Of a stretch of DNA of 64,000 nt, positions 52,846 through 64,000 are shown in pieces (within the stretch, counting starts at the first letter, position 1; every line of letters begins with the position of its first letter). The notes under the pieces were generated by a model. That model did not search any database. It saw only the letters and a program-made list of their open reading frames with translations, and was not told where the DNA came from. This DNA is from Octopus sinensis (taxonomy: Eukaryota). The translations under genes and the position numbers were made by a program. The stretch is taken from positions 145,762,001-145,826,000 of the forward strand of contig NC_042999.1 of NCBI RefSeq assembly GCF_006345805.1, given 5' to 3'.

Positions 52846-54024
52846 CCTTACAGTATTTCGATTCGTTTCTCTATATTTCAATTACAAATCTCACAGGCAT
52901 TTTAACATTGCTTTCCTTATAGGAGAATCAATAAACTAAGACTCATGAAAAAAAAGGACTAAAGATGGTATAGTGGCCGAATCGTTAGCACTTCGGACAA
53001 AATGCCCAGAGGCTTTTTTTTCGGTTTTTATGGGTTAGGGGTTCAAAGCCTCTCACAGTCAACTTTGCCTTTCATCCCTTGGAGGCTGATAAAAAAATAT
53101 CAGTTAAGATCTTGGCTCAATGTGATCGTCTTGTCCCTTCCCCTCAACATTGCTGTCTCCCTACAACAAACCAGCGTTCCGTTCATGGGGAACGTTGTGG
53201 TCTCGGTCACTTAAACTCTATGGAAACTGGATAACCTGCTTTATGAATCATAGGGATCAAGAAAATAATATGTAAATAAAAGGGCTGGACATTTACGTCA
53301 TCACTTGACAAATTGCTGAAAATCCAGTCTACCCATTGTATACTTATAGATATTACAAGGTTTTAGAACACTTCACTAGTTTACTTTTAGACAAGGTAGA
53401 CTAATACGAATGTTCGAATTCGCTTCTTATCTTTTCGTGCTCTAGTGTGAGAAAAACTGCATAGAATGGTATATAAACGTATGATGTTAACAGACAGCTC
53501 GGCAGTCGCAAAACAGGAATCTTAGCGATTTAGATATTGTGAAAATTATTCGTATTTTATTGATCCAGGTTATAGAGATAATTGCACGTATTTTATCGAT
53601 CAAGAAGAGACGTGAAACTAAATTGATTCCGATGTGACTTAAACCAGAATACTATGGATTTGCGCTATTTAACCGACAAATGCTATTGCAAGCGCTCTCT
53701 CTTTGGCGCTAATTCAACATTTTAGTTGTTGTAACAAACTTAAAGGATATCAAATGACATCGTAATAGTTAAAAAAGCTCCATTAACTTTGTAAAGTATC
53801 TGACGATAAATTGACTTCGAGGAAATATTGCCTTTGATAAATCATATCGCATTTTTCAATGACTAGGCAAATGAATTTTACTCACAGCGGAATTATGACT
53901 AATAGCTTTCCCGAGTTCAATTATTTGAGATTGGTATAATTAAGCTTCATTTTCATTTTTTTGCCTCAAATTTTCTTCTCAGTATTTTTGCTTTCAAAAC
54001 TAAATTATCAGGAAATATGTCTTA

Positions 54025-54222
54025 TATCGGTCATTGAACTGCGTTCATGCTGGGGTACCGCCATGAAGTGCTTCATCGAATAAATCTACCTGAGTTATTT
54101 ATAAGTTTGGTATTTATTCTATCAATCTTTCATAGCTGATCTGCTACGTTAGAGTGACGTAAAAAGACCAACATGGGTTGTCATGCTGTGGTTGGAGACT
54201 TACACACACAACCTCACATACA

Positions 54223-54264
<42 letters not shown>

Positions 54265-54500
54265 CATATGTGTGTATATGTATGTATATATATATATATA
54301 TGTGTGTATGTGTATGTGTGTGTGTGTGTGTGTACACTTCACGCTTCTTCCAGTTTCCGTCTACCAGTCTAGAAAATCTACTCGAGATTTTGGTCGGTCC
54401 GGAATTATAGTGGAAGGCAATTTCCCACGATACCGCGCTGTGGGATTGAAACCAAACCCACATGGTTGAGAAACAAAATTCTTACCACATAGCCACAACT
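54025..54500 (-). mobile_element. Old SINE family A copy
   Basis: Diverged reverse complement with internal microsatellite. Confidence 0.7.
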
Positions 54501-54629
54501 GTGAAATGTATAATTAAAAAGGTCGACATAAAGTCAATGAAAGGGTATTTACTTTAAAATGACAAAGAACAATTTCTCATGTGTCTGATGTTCATATATT
54601 TATATATATATATATATTCATTATATTCT

Positions 54630-54805
54630 TTTCTACTCTAGGCACAAGGCCCGATATTTTGGGCGGTGGGTACTTAATTATCGACCCCGAAAGGATAGAA
54701 AGCAAAGTCGACCTCAGTGGAATTTGAACTCACAACGTAAAGATAGACGAAATACTACTAAGCATTTCGGCCGGCGTGCTAACGTTTCTGCCAGCTCGCC
54801 GCCTT
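54630..54805 (-). mobile_element. SINE family B
   Basis: Reverse complement of the family B head. Confidence 0.75.
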
Positions 54806-55582
54806 ATAATATGCGTTATATTAATATTCATTATATTTAATGTAGCCAGAGAAGGTTCCACATGGAAACGATGTGAATTAATCTGTTTGAATCGCCAGCG
54901 ATGTCAAGTTAATATATTAAAATCTCTCCAACTAGTAAAAGGTTATGAACGTAGGACATAGACGTGTGTAGCTTTGTCTTCACATTGGGGTCTGCCAGCT
55001 ACCACATGAATGTTTCATTTGAAAAAAAAAAGACTGGATGTTAGGGTTAATTTTCTACAGCACTATTTTAAACAAACACAAAACGCATGCACACACACAC
55101 GCACGAACACACACACACACACACACATACACACACATACACACACACATTCCATTGTAATTCTGATGGAACGTTAATACAAATCAATAAAAGCAATAAG
55201 AAAGATATTCAAATGTTACCTTAGGAATGTTAATTAGTCCTGGTATTTGTGGAAAAATGAAAAATACACCATTTCCAAAAAATTAAGACAAGACAAAACC
55301 ACATCTTGTCTGATTGAATTGAAATGTCAGATATGTCAATCCGTTTGTTTGACATGTCGGATATGTTTTTTGCAAGTTTATACAGTATATATATATATAC
55401 ACAAGCGTTCATAGACACAGCAATAACATATATGTATGGGTGTATGTATGTATGTGTTGTATGTGTGTGTATTCGTCGTTTTGTATACACACACGCACAC
55501 ACATTCACACACACAATATATATATATATACATACATATAAAAGTACATACACACACACACACACAACACACACACACACAG

Positions 55583-55630
<48 letters not shown>

Positions 55631-56276
55631 GCATACAGATAATTCTATCGACCATGTGTATAGCTGTATATTCCTAATTTGAGACAATAAGGTTCGTAAG
55701 TGAAATTTAGCGGCTATTCAATCAGTTTGGGCTACAACCAAGAACCCGTCTGTCATTGGTTCGAAGTAAACGTAGTTAACATTGTTTGGCCCAGAATCAT
55801 CCTTTATCAAATATCAATTATGATGAAAGTCATTTCAATTGCAACCATCATCGTCCCGTTTTTTTGTAGACATGAAACTTCATTGCCGAATACATCATTT
55901 AAGATGCTTGCGTACGATTGACTGAAGGGGTGGGGGAATTTGGCTATTATTTTTCAAAATACGAGCAACAATATAAAACCTTCGTTGAACACCCTAGCCA
56001 GATGTTATACTTTGACATTACTTTATATAGGGGAAAATACTATTAGACAGCGATACATCAGGTAAAAATAATACTATTGCCCCATAGACTTTCCATTTAA
56101 TTACTTCGGTGATTGGTTGTTATAAGACAGTGTAAGATATAAATTACATAGGGTGTGTATGATAGGAGGTAAAACTAACGGCTGGAAGTGTTTCGGTTAC
56201 ATATACAGATATACTTTGATAAATTCCACTATAATATAAATTAAACTTACATATGTGTATTATATTTTCTTTTCAG

Positions 56277-56381
56277 CGGCAGTTTCCCTAACACCACAAA
56301 AAGAAGACGAGAGTAATAAACAATTAATCATGGTACTTGGAAGCCTGGCTTCTGTCATCGTTATCATTATTTCATGTTGCG
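56277..56381 (+). CDS. ALK: ALK/LTK-like RTK, internal exon F (juxtamembrane and transmembrane helix)
   Basis: ttttcttttcag|CG ... TGCG|gtaagt; 105 nt, phase 1-1; (A)AVSLTPQKEDESNKQLIMVLGSLASVIVIIISCC, hydrophobic stretch in frame with exon E. Confidence 0.85.
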
Positions 56382-56481
56382 GTAAGTCAATTCTAAAAAT
56401 ATCGTTAGGCCTTTGATTCTTTCGGTTGGGTTTTACATACTAAAGAATGTGTATATACATAAATGTATGTATGTAACATCA

Positions 56482-56518
<37 letters not shown>

Positions 56519-56544
56519 TATATTTCTCTCTCTGTCAATATTCA

Positions 56545-56610
<66 letters not shown>

Positions 56611-56688
56611 GCCATCTCTCTCTCTCTCACTCTCTCTCTCTATCTATCTGTCTATCTGTCTGTCTATCTATCTATCTATCTATCTATA

Positions 56689-56752
<64 letters not shown>

Positions 56753-58427
56753 GGTAAATGATCAATAAGTGAGTAGGAAAGTAAACAATGAAAAATCACT
56801 GGATTGTATGCTATTATGTATTAAGTTAAGCATCTGAAATTTCTTCTTTCAAATCATTACAAGTTTGCTTTTCATCTTTCCTTTGTGTTGACATTTTATA
56901 TATACTGCTCAAATACTTTGGAATAGTTTCCCCGACGTTTCATCCTCCTTTTGAATTAGATGGATATCACCAACAAATGTAAAGAACACATTTTGGTTAA
57001 TGTATTTTTGCCATTTAATGGTTTCTTATTGGCTGAGTGCAAATGCCCTTTATATGCAGAAAGTTCGAGTTTCAGGTTCCCAAAACCAGATTTGAAACAA
57101 CATCGCGTTCTGGGGCTCCATGAACCTACTTCTCACTCTCAGACCTTTTCATTGTTCTGTTGGTTAATATTGAATTCTAGCAATGTCAAATGACAAGCAA
57201 TTTCGGAAGTATAAAATAAGGATTGAAATTATTCTTAGTATGTGACTACTTTTATATTAATCGGTACGAAGATTTGATTAATTCTTATTTTTCCATCCTG
57301 GATCAGTCGAAATGTATAATCCAACGGTTGAATTATATGTAAGAATCAAATTAAATATAGATGGCGGATATGTATTTATTACATGATTTTCAGTTACAGC
57401 AATTTGTTACCTTCTTTAATAATCTGCAATGGAATCCCTCTAATATGAAATTTAATTTTTATAATGCCGAAAGTAAGTAAATTTAGCACTGAGTTCAGAA
57501 CAAGTTGCAAAATTCAATCAACTAAAATATATTTTACCACTGGCACAGAAAATATGACATCAGTTCTTCGAACTCTAAACTACTGACACAAACTCACAAG
57601 CCGCTATAGAAAAGAGTAAAAGAGTGCATCTCTCATCCTATGATATTAATACCAATCTTATCATAATTCTGCTTGTTTCACCGTTGCTTAGCCCGTCCAT
57701 AACGCTTTCACGTAATTAGTTGAAAGAGAGGGAGAAAATAGAGAGGGACAAAGGGAATAGGGGGAGATAGGAGGTAGTGTTGAGTGAAATGTGTAATTTT
57801 TTAAATTAAGTTTTTTCCTCCGTTACTTAGCCCGTCTGTAACGCTTTCATGAAATTAGTTGAAGAGAAACGCGAAGAGTGAGAGAAAAAGAGGGAGCAAG
57901 AAAAAGAAGAGAGAAAAAGGGGGTAAGGCGAAGAGTGAGAGAGAAAGATGGAGAGTGCCGTCTATTAAGTCTGTTGCTTCTGCACGTGTGAAACTTCATT
58001 TCTTCTCGCTCACTACCAGTCATTTGATACCCATCATAATTAACGTTACATGACACACACAAACACATATTTATTACTTCTGTTTTTCTTTCTTTCTTCT
58101 GCCATTTTTCTTTTCCTGTTTACTCCGTATACAAAATTTTAAGCTCGATGCGTCAAAGCGTCTTCTTTCTTAAGTATCAGAGCAAACCGAACCAATTACT
58201 ACATTTTGTTTTCTATATTGTTATTCCCGTCATTAATTTCACACACACACACACACACACAAACTTGCAAGTATATATGTGTATTATATATACGTACATG
58301 CAATTTGCCGTTCTGTCTGGGTCTACGTTTATACCACTTGACACCCAGTAGGATTGGTTAATGGTCTAACTATTCGACTTATAGAGAACAATAGAATAAC
58401 GTTTATTCAGACACAGTATATCTAAAG

Positions 58428-58748
58428 ACTCCGCCGGTTACGACGACGAGGGTCCCAGCTGATACGATCAACGGAACAGCTTGCTCGTGAAATTAACGTG
58501 CAAATGGCTGAGCATTCCACAGACACGTGTACCCTTAACGTAGTTCTCGGGGATAATCAGCGTGACACAGAGAGTGACAAGGCTGACCCTTTGAAATACA
58601 AGTACAACTCATTTTTGCCAGCTGAGTGGACTGGAGCAACGTGAAATAAAGTGTCTTGCTCAAGGACACAACGCGTCGCCGGGAATCGAACTCACAACCT
58701 TACGATCATGAGCCGAATGCCCTAACCACTAAGCCACGCGCCCTCACC
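58428..58748 (-). mobile_element. tRNA-derived SINE family C
   Basis: Minus strand gtggcttagtggttag (A box), gagttcgattccc (B box), gtgtccttgagcaagacactt (CORE-like). Relatives at 18551-18930, 19475-19710, 20260-20485, 49520-49705, 61360-61680. Confidence 0.8.
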
Positions 58749-59496
58749 ACAGTATATCTAGAATCATATTAGCTATATGTCATTCCTGTTTTATGATAGT
58801 ATGACGTACGATGAGGGGTTTTAAAATTTAATTTCTGACAGATCAAATGATTTCATAGATAATCCCTTGCTAGATCACGAATGCAACAATTTTTTTTTGA
58901 TTAACTTGTACTTGTTAGAGAAAAGTTAAAATCCGAATATTGTACCACTTAGTACATCAAATCCCTTTGTAATAATTCTCTCAGAAGTATTTTACCAAAA
59001 TTATGTTACCAAAAGAATGACTCTCACTCTCATGATAAGGGTATCATGTTGCCAAAGGCAGACAAGATTTGCAGTAATGTCAATAACAAGAAGCAATATG
59101 CAGGTAGACTTGCGGAAATAACATGAAATTACATGAAAAATTGCTTCAAATATTCGATTACAAGCTACCTGATGTCAGGGCGCAGAGGACGAAGTAAAGC
59201 TGAAATATGAGGAATGACCTATCATCTCGTATTCTTGTAAAACTGGAAGTAATGTGCGGATCATTACAACAAGCTGACCTTTTCTAAATCACTTTATTAT
59301 CTGGATGTTTATTGCCAGCACCGATCCCTTCATACCTCCAAGCTCTAGATCTAAATGAAAGGCAGGCTCTGTGTTAAGAGATGGATAAGCAATAACGTAC
59401 AGCTGTTTCAGACGTATTATTTTTATGAACAGAAGTGTTACATCAAGCAAAAAATCGCCAAACCCACCAGGACCTAAGATGCATCTCTCTCTCTTT

Positions 59497-59577
<81 letters not shown>

Positions 59578-59647
59578 TGTATGTATGTATGTATGTACGT
59601 ATATATATGAAGGGAGAGTGAGAGAAAGAGAAAGAAAGAGAAAGAGA

Positions 59648-59695
<48 letters not shown>

Positions 59696-60187
59696 GCATG
59701 TGTGCGTTTGCATTCTGTGCGTACATTAAATATTAAATATTAAATAGATGAATTTCGAAATAACTACATTTAATACAACAGATAAATAAATGTTAGGCTT
59801 GGTGTCACTTCATACAATGGCGTGCTATTATGTTTCATTTATCTTGACAACTGAACCGATTACACAAGTTCATTTTATAGGAAAATGCAATCTAGCATAG
59901 ACAGAAACTCCAAAAGCTGAGTATATACATACTAATATTATTTTTATGCTTTTATAATGATAATTTGCTTTAATTTTATGACTAATTGCAAAACGCTCTT
60001 TTTCTGATACGTAATTTTATATAGTTAGCGGAAGAGTTTTCATTATATTTCATCCAAATATTTATTTCCCTTATCAAATATTTAGAAAGAAAATTAGAAA
60101 AAAACCTCTACCTCCCTACCTACCTACCTACCTACCTACCTACCTACCTACCTACCTACCTACCTACATACATACGTACCTACCTAC

Positions 60188-60311
<124 letters not shown>

Positions 60312-62031
60312 TTATCTAATACAATGCAGACATACATATATACAACTATGAACATATGCACATACATTTTTATACGTATGTGTGTGTGTGTGTATTATAT
60401 GCCTATACATACATACAAACACACACAATGAAAGAGAGAGAGAGAGAGAAGGACAGACAGACATAGAGAGAGAGAAAGAAAGAGAAACAGAGATGGCTGA
60501 GAGAGCACACAGAAAAGATTATTCGGAAGGCCTTCACGACGATACGAAGACGATTTGATAAAAACAAAAGAAGGCTAAGATGGAGAAGAAGGGCTCAGTC
60601 AAAAGAAAGAAACAAAAAGAAAACACTTAAACGTATTGTAACCAGCTGTGTATAGCAACAACCGATAGCCTGATCGATACAGGTGATACAAGTTATATAT
60701 ATATATATATATATATATATAGATGTATGACCAGCAAGGTGAAGCGGCTGACCTCCCCTGTTCGAAGGTTGTAATGGACGCAGGTTCGTGTGTCATATAG
60801 CTAGCTAGAGGCGATGGCCTCTTGGAGCTAATCAGCGACAGCTTTAGTCTTATATTTATAGACTACCATATTAGTATGGTGATAACTATATATATATATA
60901 TATATAGATATATATATATATTATATATATATATATATAGATATATTACCACTACTACACGAACCTGAAGTTTGCATAGTTTAATGCATGAAAGTACTAA
61001 TTCAATCAAAATGGACATTTATTATTCTATCATTTCATTATATTATATTATCTTATATTATATTATTATAAGATTGTAATTAAAACATGAAAATCAAAGT
61101 TGGAATTCATTTGAGTAATATATTCTGCTATACCCAATCATACAACCCGTCTATGTATGTATGTATGTATGTATGTATGTATGTATGTATGTATGTATGT
61201 ATGTATGTATGTATGTAGTATGGTATGTATGTATGTATCTATCTATCTCTCTCTCTCTATATATATACGTAATATACACTTATATTATATATATATATAT
61301 ATAATATATATATCTATAATATGTGTGTGTGTGTGTGTGTGAGTGTATATATATATATATATGGCTCAGTGGTTTGAGCGTCAGGCTCACAATCATGAAG
61401 TAGTGAGTTCGATCCCAGGACCAAGCTGTATGTTTGTTCTTGGCAAGACCCTCTATTCAGGCTGCTCCATTCACTAAGCTGTAGTAATGAGTTGCGACAT
61501 GACTGGTGCCAGGCTGTATCGGCCTTTTCCTTGGATGACATTGGTGACATGGAGAGGAGAGGCTGGTAGGTACGGACGACCGCTGGTCTTCCATAAACAA
61601 CCTTACCCAGAGTTGTACTTTGGAGGGGAACTTTCTAGGTGCAATCTCATAGTTATTCCTGGCCGAAGGAGATCCTCGTCTCGTATAAGAAATGTTATGT
61701 ACCTTGCCACAGAACATAGATTTTATTACTTACACAAGAATTGGATTAACAACGGAAAGGTCACCAAAAAAAAAAAAAAAAGAAATGCTAAAATCGGTTT
61801 TAGAGTAAGTTTTCTTTGTAATCCAGAAGAACTTCTTCGAATAGCCTTTAGCTTTTACTTCTATTTTATATGCAAAACAGTAATATGATCTCCTGCTGCT
61901 CCATGTCAATTCTTGACGTAATGTTTTCAACGATGTATCTTCGTTTCAATTTTAACTGTGAGTTGTTTTCATACACGGAATATATGCAAATGTGAAGAGT
62001 TTCAGAGAGTCGGTGATAAAAAAGAAAGAAA

Positions 62032-62090
<59 letters not shown>

Positions 62091-63933
62091 AGTGAGGGAA
62101 AGTTAAGAGTTTGTTTTTATGTTACATTTTCCTCCATATTATTCAACGTGCATAACTTTCTTTAAAAGAAAAGCCGCTAGAAAGTACAGCTGCAAAAACT
62201 GTTCCGAATAAGAAGGAATCTAAAGAATGCGTTTAGTGAATCTTTGAATATGCATTTATCCATTTATTCATTCTGTTGATACGTCTATTTGCTCCACTAG
62301 AAATAGTACCCACATCCCTCTCAAATTGCACCCAACATCATAAAAAAAGAAGGATGCATTGGGTGATATAGTTCTAGATATATTTCTATCTAAAAGATTA
62401 GGTTTGTCATGGTGAGAATGTCTTTCAACTTAGGCCTGATGAACAAAGCTTATCCTGGGGTAAACAATAACAGCAACAACAACGATGATGATAACAATAA
62501 TAATATTCGTACCAACGGTTTTCTGTTCACTAACCAAATTAATTAAATCTGTCATAAAACTTATTTGCAACTGGGCCATTTAGCTGATATGAATGTAGGT
62601 GCTAACACTTAATCTGGTCAACCATGAAATTTCCATTAATTAAAGTTGCACCATTTGTGATAAACTTCGCTCTTGGTTCACTCTGAGTCAAGAAAGGCAG
62701 AGAATACAATCCCAAGAATTTGAATTAATTGAAAAAATAAATTACTATCAATTCGATAACATTGCATTTAGCATTTTTGTTTCATCGTCTTCTTTTGTCA
62801 TTCCATAGTCTACTGTGTGTTAAGGCGACGTTTGCATCCTGTGATGTTGGAGAACTGTGCAGTCTCGAAAACCACACCCAATCATATCAACCGCATTGTA
62901 ATGCAGATCAACGAATCGTACACAGCGTTGAGTTTTTCCAACCCGGATATGGAGATCAACCAAATCCCACGGGCACAAATAAAATGTATCCGGTAATTAT
63001 AAATTTTCTATTATATAAGAAAGCAACAGATTAAATCAAATTGAATACTGGAAATATTATTGTTCTAAGAGCGGAATAGTGATAAGGTAAAAGGACTCTA
63101 CGCTTCCTCTATCCTTATGTCTGAGAGTGCTGTTGCACGAGGTTGTGTCCAGTAGAATCATGCAGTAAAATGTATGCATAAGTGTATATACATATACATA
63201 TAACTTAGATATGTTTCGGCCAGAAATTGGCCCAGGTCATATCTAACCTCGGATAAATTCTGAATGTAATGCTGAGGTCGTTTGGGCAATGCTGGTGGTA
63301 TATGCTGCACATTGTGTGAAATGTGTAACGGTCACTGCGGCGCAGGAGAGAATAAAGGCCTAATGTTTTAAGGCGGTTTCAATAATTAAGACCAGACATG
63401 CATTTTATCTTTGTACTGAACTCTCTCTGGATGACTCAGATTTTTGTAGCCGTACAATGTAGAAGAAGAGGTGAACGATGGTATTTGTACTCTGTACCGG
63501 AAAGTTCTTAGGCCCCAAGAGTTTATTCTGTGAGTCATATCGATTTTATTATCGATGTAGGCACTCCAACTGAAAATATTGTCAACAATCACTCCTGAGG
63601 TCCTGATAATAATTTTCCCTCATTTAACCACATGTTTTTGTCCGCCCATTGACTTAAGGCATGTGGATCAAACTGGAGTTCAGTTCGGTTTTATATAAAA
63701 CAGATGTTTGATATAAATGAACAAGCTGTTTGCGTTTTCACAAAGTTCGAAAAAGGAACGAAAGAGCTAATAATAATGAAGAAATAAAATATTATTTTTC
63801 CAAAATCCTAACTACACATTTTCTCAATATTCAATTTCTGTACATCACACTTAACACTCTATACATACATACATACATACATACATACATACATACATAC
63901 ATACATACATACATACATACGTACGTACGTACG

Positions 63934-63965
<32 letters not shown>

Positions 63966-64000
63966 TATGTATATATATATATACATAGATATATATACAC

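Noticed and set aside
62690-62730. REYNPKN, similar to the ALK juxtamembrane DYNPNY motif
   Set aside because: Bounded by in-frame stops with no suitable splice sites; the kinase-side exons must lie beyond the window.
63205-63247. Hairpin with GGCCA/TGGCC-GAAA on the minus strand
   Set aside because: Two-way junction only; lacks the core box and cleavage triplet.

Overview
AT-rich eukaryotic genomic DNA full of (TA)n/(TG)n/(TATC)n microsatellites. The repeat landscape suggests an octopus/coleoid cephalopod (inference only). Nearly all listed ORFs are microsatellite artefacts. The real gene is on the + strand: six small coding exons (1294-1380, 13702-13858, 24007-24183, 48546-48635, 51740-51892, 56277-56381) that splice in frame into the glycine-rich, EGF-like and transmembrane region of an ALK/LTK-family receptor tyrosine kinase. 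The gene starts upstream and its kinase exons lie downstream of the window. The introns contain three tRNA-derived SINE families, a decayed Tc1 (DD34E) element, a fold-back mariner MITE, four RLE-type (R4/Dong-like) LINE pieces, non-autonomous Helitrons, a Helitron RepHel relic, a Penelope-like ORF relic and several long inverted repeats. The most striking signal is a set of type I hammerhead ribozyme folds, mostly unrelated in sequence, in short elements within TA microsatellites. The best-preserved ones (6614-6712, 11981-12041, 21813-21875, 42750-42798, 47429-47466) are all antisense to the ALK-like transcript, whereas the sense-strand look-alikes have broken catalytic cores. Everything was read by eye; no database searches or folding programs were run.
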